From: a candidate division WOR-3 bacterium
Lineage (GTDB): Bacteria > Hydrothermota > Tepidihabitantia > Tepidihabitantales > Tepidihabitantaceae
Reading direction: 5' to 3'
Assembly: GCA_965648935.1 (NCBI GenBank)
Contig: CBFGIY010000020.1
Span: forward strand, 1-32,034
Length of the DNA stretch: 32,034 nt
In this document: positions 1 to 8,074 of the stretch, one piece after another
Numbering within the stretch: position 1 is the stretch's first letter
How the letters are laid out: each line of letters opens with the position of its first letter
Translations under genes and position numbers: made by a program
The notes under the pieces: generated by a model
Databases searched by the model: none
Seen by the model: the letters and a program-made list of their open reading frames with translations, nothing else
What the model was told of the DNA's origin: nothing

Positions 1-13
1 CGTAGTAGGGCAC
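1..13 (-). CDS. 5' end of a gene running off the left edge (starts M-P-Y-Y; possibly an FmdB-type zinc-ribbon protein)
   Basis: Minus strand reads AAAGGAGG (28-21), 7 nt, then GTG CCC TAC TAC G. Only 4 codons are visible; the family guess rests on similarity to the MPxYEY start of FmdB-family proteins. Confidence 0.45.
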
Positions 14-127
14 GGGCGGTCCTCCTTTAGGTATGCCATTACCAACAGGATACAGGACTCGCCCGGCCCTTCTCTCTCTCGCCAAATCTACACACACATC
101 AGGATACTACCCAGGTCGGCCGGTTCC

Positions 128-156
128 TTGACCCGAGGTGGTCCTGCCAGTATAAT
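128..156 (+). promoter_or_regulatory. sigma70-type promoter for the 252..572 gene
   Basis: TTGACC (128-133), 17 bp, perfect TATAAT (151-156). Confidence 0.75.
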
Positions 157-251
157 TAATGCGAGCGCGAAGAATGTCCGTCCGGGTTACACTGAAGATG
201 TCAGAGAGTGTTGCGGGAACAATCCCGCTTGGCAAAGAATCAGGAGGCAGC

Positions 252-572
252 ATGCGTGGTCCCTATCTGCTCAGGCCCCTGCACGTCGATATCTCTGTGC
301 CCAACAGGGTGGGCGGGGTCTATTGCCTGTCACGCAACTCGAGGCAGGTTTCCTTCGTCGGCCGGGCCGAGCGCGACCTGAGAGACAAGATCAAGTCCCA
401 CTGGCCCGAGTATCAGTTCTTCTGGTATGAGCCAGCGCTGTCCTCGCGCGAGGCTTATGTCAACCACTGCTACGCATTTCACAAGCACAGCGAGTCGGGC
501 GAGGTTGACAAGGGCGAGCATCCCAAGCCACCCGACCACGTCGAGGTGAAATGCCCGGTCTGCGGTAAGTAG
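252..572 (+). CDS. small GIY-YIG-like protein with C-terminal Cys/His putative zinc site
   Basis: AGGAGG at 242-247 before ATG 252, in frame with track ORF 159..572. Motifs GVYCL...FVGRA...DLRDKIKSH resemble GIY...YIG...RxxxH; C-terminal HCYAFH...HP...CPVC. Confidence 0.65.
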   Translation: MRGPYLLRPLHVDISVPNRVGGVYCLSRNSRQVSFVGRAERDLRDKIKSHWPEYQFFWYEPALSSREAYVNHCYAFHKHSESGEVDKGEHPKPPDHVEVKCPVCGK

Positions 573-588
573 CCGTTTTCTGACTGCG

Positions 589-620
589 GGCGGCCGGCGA
601 CGGGCCGGCCGCCGGTCTTT
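589..620. terminator. GC-rich hairpin between convergent genes, likely terminator
   Basis: GGCGGCCGGC (589-598) / GCCGGCCGCC (604-613), followed by GGTCTTT on +. Confidence 0.55.
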
Positions 621-632
621 GTCCGAGAGACT

Positions 633-3398
633 CTAGTGCCGCTCGGGCAGGCGGAGCCAGTCATGGAGTCCGGCGCGCGGTCTCAGGATCAGGCCACTCA
701 GCAGGTCGCTTGACATCGAACCGTACAGCTGCGTCGAGCCGAACGGATGAAGCCCAGCAGCCGCGCCCACAGTGAGCGAAGCGGGTAACAGGTGGCCGAG
801 AATCAGATCAGCGCGCAGCTCGAGGCCGGCACCGACACGGGCGTAGTTGCCCATTGTGGACAAGTCAAGTCGGCTCGGGCTGCCAGTAATCGCGTCGACG
901 AAGGCTGCACCGTTGATGTTCTGGATGAACACCGGCAGGCCGCCGATGCCGCGCTCCACCCACCACAGCGGCAGGCGCAGCTGCACGCCGGTCGATAGGG
1001 CGGTGCGTACCGGCAGGTCGAGGTCGTGGAATCCCCGCACACCCAGCACCGCTGGGCCGGGAGCAATCCGGAACGCTGCGGCGGCGGCCGAGTCGCCCAG
1101 CGCGGTCGCGGCAGCAAGGCGCAGTCGCAGGCTCCAGCTGCGGCGCGGTGCTCCGAGGTACAGCGACGAGTGGCCGACTGCTCGCACCAGTGTGTTGCTG
1201 CCGAACAGAACCGGGGTCGAGTAGTCGGCGGCAAGCCCGGCCACGATACCCTCACTCGGCGCAACCGAAAAGCGCCACGCGCGGGCGGTGGATACTGCCC
1301 AGCCAGCGGCCAAGCGCGAATCAATGATGCTGTCGCGGTGCAGGTTCAGCGATAGATCGAACCAGTGGTCACGCTCATAGGAACGCAACTGCACACCCGC
1401 GAAGGCTTCGATTGACTGTGCGGGAAGCGTCAGGTCAAGTGCGAAACCCGGCTTCGCCCACCAACCGCGATACTCGTAGCCGGCTGACAAGAAAGGTGAG
1501 GCCGTGCGGAAATCGTAGCCGGCCAGCGCGCTGTAGCGATGACTCTGAAGGGGGTCCCATCCGAGCGTGAAGACTCCGGCACGCATGCCCGGGCAAAGCA
1601 GCGGGCACCAGAAGGCCGGTGCAAGGCCCGGCAACGCGCTGTAGTAGTAGAGCGTTGCCGACGAGTCCTGTCCGCGGGCAGGAGGCTCGATAGGTTCTAG
1701 TGTGTCAGCTCCGCGTTCGAATTGAGTCCAGGAGGAGGCGTCCACCGGTATGGTGGCGATGTCGAACCCGTTCGGCCCGTATGCGCTGACCGCCATGGAT
1801 TGATTGTCCGGGGCGAGCGTCGGACAAAGCAGGCCAGTGCCAGTCGCGGTGCATTGGAAGAGCCTCCCGGTGGCGAGTTCGAAGGCGAAGATTTCAAAGA
1901 CGCCGGTGCGGTCGGACGCGAAGTAGACGAATCGGCCGGTGCGGGACCAGCAGGGGTTGATGTCGTTGTGGCGGTCCTCGGTCAGCGGTGTGACCCAGCC
2001 GGTACGTCGGTCAATAAGCTCGATATCGGCGAAGCCGCCGGGGCGGTTCACGCCGACCACAAGCCAGCGGCCCGATGGCGAGAAACGGGGCGAGTGGAAC
2101 GCTACAGGTTCTTCGGGTTCCAGTAAGGTAGTGACTTCGCGGGTTGTCAGGTCGAGCAGAGCCAGGCGGTTGCGTCCGCCGCCGTCGATTACGAAGGCGA
2201 TGATACCGGTGTCGGGCGCAAAGTCAGGGTCGCGGGCGCGCAACCGTTCGGTAAGGCGTCGCCTTGCGCCGGTGGCGAGGTCAAGGGTTACTATGTCGCT
2301 GAACTCACGGGTGTTGTCCAGCAGGCGATACTCGCCGAATGCGAGAGTCAGGCCGTCGGGTGAAAGAGCGAGGTTGCCGTTGACCACAGCGCGGCACACA
2401 ATCCGGTTGTAGCGTCCTGCGCTGTCCAGCGCGCGGATGCAAGGATGCTCCAGACCTGAGCCGGAAACGAAGAACAGCTCTGCGCCGCTGCGTGACCAGG
2501 CCAGCCCGGATTTGGCGAAACCGTCGTTCGTAAGGCGTCGAGCAACGGTCGGCCCGGGACGCAGAGCCTCGGTGCGGACACTCGTCTGCCATTCACGCCA
2601 GAGTGGTCCAAGGCGCTGGCCGGTCAGTCGGCTCAGTGCGGTGCCCTCAGTCCAGGGCAGCGAACGGGCGCGCAGTGAGTTCAGCGAGTCGGGCAGCGCC
2701 TGGCCGTACGTCCGGGCCAGCCAGTCAACGAAGCGGCCACCGTACAGGTATGGCGCGGAACCGCCCGGGTAGCGCCGTAACAGGTAACTGCCGCATCGGT
2801 CGAGCGGAAGCAGGCGGTCGTGCCTCGCCGCCGCGTCGAGCATCATCCGGAATTCGGCACCCCGGTTGCGGCCGAACCGGGTGAAACGGGTCTCGTTATG
2901 AACGGCATACCCCTCGTGGAGCCAGAATGGTGCAAGCGAGTTGGGTAGCACAATGCGGCCGAAAACGCCGCGCAGAGCGGCAAGCGGACCACGGGCTTGG
3001 TCCAGCGCCAGGATGTGCGAGTACTCGTGGACAAACAGCGTGGTCAACCAGTCGTCGTAGTTTGTCAGGTCGCCCGCAGGCAGGCTGGGCAGGACCGTAA
3101 TGGTGTTGGCGGGGAATGGTGCGGCCCAGCCGTTGCTGTAGTCGAAGAAGTCCGCAATGACAACGTTGGTGCGGCGGACCGGGTGCCACGCGGCCGCGCT
3201 CGTAAGCCGGGCGTGTGCTGCCTCGGCAATAGAGCACACCGCACGTGGCAGCGCCAGGCAGTCGTTATCGGGCAGTGACGAACACGGAAAGTGCACCGCG
3301 AAGTGCTCGGATTCAAGCGTGTACCAGCGCAGGCGCGGATCCAGCTCGATGCCGCCGGGCAACTGCGCAACGAGCGAGAGCGCGAGCAGTAGCAGCAT
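633..3398 (-). CDS. secreted/outer-membrane protein: gluzincin metallopeptidase domain + PD40/TolB-like beta-propeller + Omp85/BamA-like barrel
   Basis: Start re-placed at ATG 3398 (MLLLLALSLVAQ, signal-like; abuts the truD stop). HEYSH (3015-3029) plus downstream WLHEGYA; PD40-like repeats (LALSPDG, PDFAPD, PRFSPSG, PCWSRTG, PTLAPDN); VRGF (1029-1040) and AAFVDA Omp85 motifs. Confidence 0.75.
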   Translation of the reverse strand: MLLLLALSLVAQLPGGIELDPRLRWYTLESEHFAVHFPCSSLPDNDCLALPRAVCSIAEAAHARLTSAAAWHPVRRTNVVIADFFDYSNGWAAPFPANTITVLPSLPAGDLTNYDDWLTTLFVHEYSHILALDQARGPLAALRGVFGRIVLPNSLAPFWLHEGYAVHNETRFTRFGRNRGAEFRMMLDAAARHDRLLPLDRCGSYLLRRYPGGSAPYLYGGRFVDWLARTYGQALPDSLNSLRARSLPWTEGTALSRLTGQRLGPLWREWQTSVRTEALRPGPTVARRLTNDGFAKSGLAWSRSGAELFFVSGSGLEHPCIRALDSAGRYNRIVCRAVVNGNLALSPDGLTLAFGEYRLLDNTREFSDIVTLDLATGARRRLTERLRARDPDFAPDTGIIAFVIDGGGRNRLALLDLTTREVTTLLEPEEPVAFHSPRFSPSGRWLVVGVNRPGGFADIELIDRRTGWVTPLTEDRHNDINPCWSRTGRFVYFASDRTGVFEIFAFELATGRLFQCTATGTGLLCPTLAPDNQSMAVSAYGPNGFDIATIPVDASSWTQFERGADTLEPIEPPARGQDSSATLYYYSALPGLAPAFWCPLLCPGMRAGVFTLGWDPLQSHRYSALAGYDFRTASPFLSAGYEYRGWWAKPGFALDLTLPAQSIEAFAGVQLRSYERDHWFDLSLNLHRDSIIDSRLAAGWAVSTARAWRFSVAPSEGIVAGLAADYSTPVLFGSNTLVRAVGHSSLYLGAPRRSWSLRLRLAAATALGDSAAAAAFRIAPGPAVLGVRGFHDLDLPVRTALSTGVQLRLPLWWVERGIGGLPVFIQNINGAAFVDAITGSPSRLDLSTMGNYARVGAGLELRADLILGHLLPASLTVGAAAGLHPFGSTQLYGSMSSDLLSGLILRPRAGLHDWLRLPERH

Positions 3399-3399
3399 C

Positions 3400-4554
3400 T
3401 CAGTTGAGCGCGAGGCGCTTAATGAGCAGCGTTGCGTAGGCGCCTGGCGGCAGGGTGAACTGAAGCTTGACCTTCGTTCGACCGTGATAGACGTCGTCCG
3501 GTTGCGGTTCAGACAGGCGAAGTCCCTCAGGCCGCAAGAGGATGCGTCGATTGAAAGCCTTGAATCGGACACCGGGGATACGGAGCTTGAGCCTGAGACG
3601 CGAACCGTCAAGGCCCTCGCGCGCAAGAACCGCGGCGGCGGCGCGCTGGATCCGTTCGCTGCGGAAGCTCGAGTCGGGCGCAGCCACTGGTAGGATCGCC
3701 TTGCCGAAGAACTGCATTAGTGTAGGGGAGAGGTCGCGCCAAAACCATATCTCACCCTGCGAGTACCGGGCCGCGACTGCCGCTGCGCCGAGCTCGCGGA
3801 GCAGCGTGACGACGGTCTCATTCCAGAGCCAGGATTGGTAAGCGTTGATGAACAGCTCCAGCAGCGAGCGAGGCAGTCGGCGCACAGCACCTGCGAAATC
3901 CCCCGGATGGGCAGTGAGGTGCCTGGCAGCGCTGAGTGCCTCGGGCGGGACCAGCGGCAGGCACGCGTGCCAGTCGCCCCATCTTTCGGCGAGTGCGGTG
4001 CTCCTGCGACGGGCTTTCGGCGGCTCTGCCGGCGATGGCGTGGCGAGGTAGAACTTCAGGGCGCCGTTGTAGTGCCCGTCAATGAGGCGGCGGGCGATGA
4101 ATCCCTGTCCGTGACGCGCAGAGCCGAAACGCTGATCGTCGAAGTAGTTTGGCAGGCCGAAGCGGCGAACCTGTGTCGTGTTGGCGGCGATAGCTGCGGC
4201 TTCGCCGCGAGAGAGCGCGCGTACCGTGACCGTGAACTCGTTGCCCGAGAGGAGTTCGCTTGATACCGGCACATCGGACCTGCCGACCAATCGCAATGTG
4301 TAGTTGGGTTCGCGGATGAGCGCAGGGCCTTTCCCGGGCAGCGACAGGTACTGGATGGTGAGCGCGTAGCGGTCTTTGAGACCGGCGCGTGATAGCTGCC
4401 TGAGCCCGTGGTGGCGGGTGAGGTGATCGATGGCGTCCAGCGTGTTCCAGTTGCGCTTCTCGAGTCGGTAGACCGAGAAAGCACCGGTAGGCTTGAGCCT
4501 GAGCCGCAGAAGTTCGCGGACGACGAAATCCTCGGGCCGAACCTTGAGCTTCAC
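3400..4554 (-). CDS. truD: tRNA pseudouridine(13) synthase TruD
   Basis: KVRPEDFVVRE, AGLKDRYALTIQ, GNEFTV, PNYFDDQRFG, AYQSWLWN, FTLPPGAYAT motifs. Confidence 0.93.
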   Translation of the reverse strand: MKLKVRPEDFVVRELLRLRLKPTGAFSVYRLEKRNWNTLDAIDHLTRHHGLRQLSRAGLKDRYALTIQYLSLPGKGPALIREPNYTLRLVGRSDVPVSSELLSGNEFTVTVRALSRGEAAAIAANTTQVRRFGLPNYFDDQRFGSARHGQGFIARRLIDGHYNGALKFYLATPSPAEPPKARRRSTALAERWGDWHACLPLVPPEALSAARHLTAHPGDFAGAVRRLPRSLLELFINAYQSWLWNETVVTLLRELGAAAVAARYSQGEIWFWRDLSPTLMQFFGKAILPVAAPDSSFRSERIQRAAAAVLAREGLDGSRLRLKLRIPGVRFKAFNRRILLRPEGLRLSEPQPDDVYHGRTKVKLQFTLPPGAYATLLIKRLALN

Positions 4555-4835
4555 GCCGCGCGGATCGTGCGCAAGACGAGCAGGGCGCCGAGCACGATGA
4601 AGAGCAACCCGGCGCCGAGATGGACCCAGCGCACTGGCAGGTGACGCGAGACAACCGAGCCAAGGCAGGTCGCAACGAGCGATGATGCGATCAGCGCGAG
4701 CGCGCTGCCGACGAAGACGCTCCAGAAAGCGCCTCGGTTGGCGCAGGCAAACGAAAGCGTGGCGAGCTGGGTCTTGTCCCCGAGTTCAGCAAGAAAGACG
4801 GAACCGAACGTGGTCAACAGCAGTTGCCAGTTCAT
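4551..4835 (-). CDS. TMEM165/GDT1 (UPF0016) family cation transporter, single-domain form
   Basis: FLAELGDKTQLAT signature; three hydrophobic segments; 4-bp overlaps with fabD and truD. Confidence 0.9.
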   Translation of the reverse strand: MNWQLLLTTFGSVFLAELGDKTQLATLSFACANRGAFWSVFVGSALALIASSLVATCLGSVVSRHLPVRWVHLGAGLLFIVLGALLVLRTIRAA

Positions 4836-5755
4836 GCTTGAGTCCCAGTAATCGCGGCGATGTCGGCTGCTTTGCCCGCGGGCACTACCGACAGCTCGCG
4901 GTCGATGCGGCGTGCGAGACCGGCCAGCACCGAGCCGGGGCCGACCTCGAGAAAGCCGTGGCAGCCTGATTTGCGGGCCGTGATGATGGTCTCAGTCCAT
5001 CGCACCGGGCTTGTTAGCTGGCGCGAGAGGTTCTCGCGGACCTCGGCAGCGGTTGTCTGTGCCAGACCAGTTACATTGGCGATGACCGGGAAGGAAGGGG
5101 TGCGAACTTCGAATCCGCCGAGGTACTCGGCAAACTCCGCCGCCGACTCGCGCAGCAAGGGTGAATGGAAAGCGCCCGACACAGGCAGAAGCACTGCCTT
5201 GAGTGCGCCGCGGGTGCGGGCCAGCTCGGCGGCGGCTTTGACCGCTTCGACTTCACCCGATATCACCGTCTGTTTCGGTTCATTGTAGTTGGCCGGTACC
5301 ACCGTGCCCGGAACCTCACGGCAGAGCGCTTCGACAGCCGAAGACTCGAGCCCGATTATCGCGGCCATCGTGCCCGGGTTCCTTTCGCCTTCGGCAAACA
5401 TCAGTGCGCCGCGCCGCTTCACAAGTCTGAGCGTCGAGTCAAAATCGAGTGAGCCGGCCGCGTACAGCGCCGAATACTCGCCCAGACTGTGTCCTGCGGC
5501 GAGGACTGGAGCGATGTTGCCCAGGCATGCGAGCGCGGCCATCGAGTGGACAACCAGCGCGGGCTGGGTGTAGCGTGTCTGGCGCAGTTCGTCCTCCGGG
5601 CCTTCGAAAGACAGCTGTTTGATGGGCAGTTCAAGGACCTGCTCGGCGCGTTCGTATACCGCGCGAGCCGATTCGTAGGTCTCGTAGAGGTCGGCACCCA
5701 TGCCGACAGCCTGCGAGCCTTGGCCTGGGAACAATAACCCGGGATTCGCTGCCAT
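4832..5755 (-). CDS. fabD: malonyl-CoA:ACP transacylase
   Basis: FPGQGSQ, TQPAL, AGHSLGEYSAL, VSGAFHS, EVGPG motifs; AGGAGG upstream. Confidence 0.96.
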   Translation of the reverse strand: MAANPGLLFPGQGSQAVGMGADLYETYESARAVYERAEQVLELPIKQLSFEGPEDELRQTRYTQPALVVHSMAALACLGNIAPVLAAGHSLGEYSALYAAGSLDFDSTLRLVKRRGALMFAEGERNPGTMAAIIGLESSAVEALCREVPGTVVPANYNEPKQTVISGEVEAVKAAAELARTRGALKAVLLPVSGAFHSPLLRESAAEFAEYLGGFEVRTPSFPVIANVTGLAQTTAAEVRENLSRQLTSPVRWTETIITARKSGCHGFLEVGPGSVLAGLARRIDRELSVVPAGKAADIAAITGTQA

Positions 5756-5844
5756 ACCGTATGCCTCCTGTATCGATTCTTGCGGCCGCGGCCGGGTGTT
5801 CTTGCGTGTGTCCGGCCACCGCGCCGGTCGCTGCGAATGAAGCT

Positions 5845-5872
5845 ATGCTAGGGCAGCGGACGGCAGTGTCAA
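5845..5872 (-). promoter_or_regulatory. internal promoter for fabD-GDT1-truD-Omp85
   Basis: Minus strand TTGACA (5872-5867), 16 bp, TAGCAT (5850-5845); -35 overlaps the rlmN stop codon. Confidence 0.6.
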
Positions 5873-6894
5873 GAAGCCTGGCCGCAAGCGGCGAGCTGGC
5901 CACAGGCTGCTGCGATGCGTGGGCCTTTCGACCGGCGGATGGTGACCGCTGGCAGTACCGGGTACAGCCGTTCGGCGAATCCAGTGACTGCCGCCGGTGT
6001 GGGGGACACGAACTGGGCACCCGGGAAGGCGTTGAACGGTATCAGGTTCAGCTTGCAGGGGATGCCGCGCAGGAGTGACGCAAGTGCCGCGGCGTCCTCG
6101 GGCCGGTCGTTCACACCGGCCAGCAGAACGTACTCAAAGGTCACGCGCCGGCCAGTGGCCGCGACGTGGTCGCGTACTGCGGCCATGACATCGGCCAGGG
6201 GCCAGCGCCGGCTGATCGGCATAAGCTCGGCGCGCAGCTCCGGGCGGGCCGAGCCGAGCGATACCGCGAGGCGAACCTGAAGAGGCAGTGTAGCTAGCTG
6301 CCTGATTCGGTCAGGGATGCCCGCGGTCGACACGGTCATGTGGCGTGCGCCGATACCGACTGCGGTCGGCGAGTTTAGCACGCGGATAGCCGTGATGACC
6401 GCATCGTAGTTGAGCAACGGTTCGCCCATGCCCATGAACACGATGTTGGTTGGCCGCACACCGGCAAACCGGGCAATGTCGACCGCTTGCCCGGCAATTT
6501 CATACCACTCAAGGTCGCGCGTGTAGCCGGCCGCTCCGGTCGCGCAGAAACGGCAGCCGAGCGGGCAGCCGGCCTGGCTGGAGATGCAGATAGTGCGGCG
6601 GTCGCGGTCCGGGATGCATACTGCTTCGGCAGTTGCCCCGTCGCTGAAGCGGAACGCGAACTTGGCCGTGCCGTCCGGGTCGTCAGCGCGGCGGACGAGT
6701 TCGGGACTGCCAACGGTGTATATTTCAGCAAGAGCGGTCCGTCGGTCGAGGGCCAAGTCGGTCATTGCTTCGATTGTGGTCACGCCCTTGGTCCAGAGCC
6801 AACGCCAGATTTGGCGGGCGCGGTAAGTCTCCCATCCCATCTCGGTTGTCAGTTCGGTCAGCTCAGACTCGGTGAGTGAACGCAAGTGTTTCAT
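5869..6894 (-). CDS. rlmN: dual-specificity RNA methyltransferase RlmN (radical SAM)
   Basis: CISSQAGCPLGCRFCATG, NIVFMGMGEPLLN, TFEYVLL, NLIPFN, AACGQL. Confidence 0.95.
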   Translation of the reverse strand: MKHLRSLTESELTELTTEMGWETYRARQIWRWLWTKGVTTIEAMTDLALDRRTALAEIYTVGSPELVRRADDPDGTAKFAFRFSDGATAEAVCIPDRDRRTICISSQAGCPLGCRFCATGAAGYTRDLEWYEIAGQAVDIARFAGVRPTNIVFMGMGEPLLNYDAVITAIRVLNSPTAVGIGARHMTVSTAGIPDRIRQLATLPLQVRLAVSLGSARPELRAELMPISRRWPLADVMAAVRDHVAATGRRVTFEYVLLAGVNDRPEDAAALASLLRGIPCKLNLIPFNAFPGAQFVSPTPAAVTGFAERLYPVLPAVTIRRSKGPRIAAACGQLAACGQAS

Positions 6895-6898
6895 CGGT

Positions 6899-8074
6899 TC
6901 ATTCTGGCCGGGCGGCCACGTTCAGCGCGAATCCAACCATGGCGAAGTTTAGTACCAGCGAGGAGCCGCCGTAACTGAGGAAGGGCAGCGGGATGCCCGT
7001 GATTGGCATCAGCCCGACCAGCATGCCGACGTTGACGAACGTGTGGTAGACAATCGCAGCGGCGATGCCGGCGCAGATGATCGCAGCGGCGCGGTCGCGG
7101 GTTCGCGTCGCGGCTCGCAGGATGCGAGCCACGAGCAGGGCGAACAGGCCGAGCACGACGAGACAGCCGAGCAGTCCGAACTCCTCAGCAAGCGAGGAGA
7201 AGATGAAGTCGGTATGACGGTTGGGCAGGAAGCCGAGCCGCTTCTGCGTTCCCTGGAGGAAGCCCTTTCCCAGAATGCGGCCTGAGCCAATGGCGATCTG
7301 TGACTGGATAGCGTTCCAGCCAATGCCGTGCGGGTCGAGCCAGGGCGCAACGAAGTTGCGGATGCGCGCACGCTGGTACTCCTTAAGGAGAGACATGACT
7401 GCCGGGCTGAGGAGCCCGAACACGGCACTGACGCCAAGTGTTGCGGCGGTGCGTCCGAGGTCGCTGCGCCAGAGCATTAGAGCACCCAAGAGCATGAAGA
7501 AGGGTACCCAGGTGTAGAGAGAGAACCCGGCGACGAAGGACAGCGCCGGGGTGAAGAGCAGCAGGACATGCAGCGGGCGCATGCCCTGCCAGTAGAGCAT
7601 TGTCGCGAGGACTCCGACAAACACGAGCGACGTGCTGAGGTCGGGCTGGACCGCGACGAGCAAAGTAGGTATCCCGGCGATAGCAAGCGGAAGGACAAGG
7701 CGTTTGGGTCTGAGGTCGAGCGGGCGCTGGTAGCTCAGGTACTTGCCGAGCAGGATGATCGTCGCCAGCTTGGCGAATTCCGACGGCTGCAGGTAGAATC
7801 CACCCACCGAGAACCAGCGGTTCGACCCGGGGCCGGTGCCGACAAGAAGCACGGCAAGAAGCAGGACTACGAAAACAACCCAGAAAGCCTCCGCAAGTCC
7901 GTAGACGAGACGGCGCGGTACCAGCGCAAGCACAGTCCCGGCCGCCAACGCCACCGGCAGGAAGAGCAACTGACGGGTGAAGTGGTAGGTACCGCCGGCC
8001 GAGTATATCAGCGCTGCGCCGGCCAGCGCGAGCAGCACCGGCACCGCGGCCAGCAACGCGTCGGCGCGTTTCAT
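6899..8074 (-). CDS. rodA: rod shape-determining protein RodA (SEDS glycosyltransferase)
   Basis: LQPSEFAK, QPDLST, AIGSGRILGKG, HTDFIF, PITGIPLPFLSYGGSS; follows PBP2. Confidence 0.95.
   Translation of the reverse strand: MKRADALLAAVPVLLALAGAALIYSAGGTYHFTRQLLFLPVALAAGTVLALVPRRLVYGLAEAFWVVFVVLLLAVLLVGTGPGSNRWFSVGGFYLQPSEFAKLATIILLGKYLSYQRPLDLRPKRLVLPLAIAGIPTLLVAVQPDLSTSLVFVGVLATMLYWQGMRPLHVLLLFTPALSFVAGFSLYTWVPFFMLLGALMLWRSDLGRTAATLGVSAVFGLLSPAVMSLLKEYQRARIRNFVAPWLDPHGIGWNAIQSQIAIGSGRILGKGFLQGTQKRLGFLPNRHTDFIFSSLAEEFGLLGCLVVLGLFALLVARILRAATRTRDRAAAIICAGIAAAIVYHTFVNVGMLVGLMPITGIPLPFLSYGGSSLVLNFAMVGFALNVAARPE

Noticed and set aside
71..98. (TC)5 and (AC)4 dinucleotide runs
   Set aside because: Too short to support phase variation
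193..205. TGAAGATGTC(A/T)GA shared between 193-205 and 25841-25853, both intergenic
   Set aside because: Only two copies of a short non-palindromic match; compatible with chance
3399..3626. N-terminal 76 aa of the 997-aa ORF
   Set aside because: Overlaps truD; the signal-like sequence starts at ATG 3398
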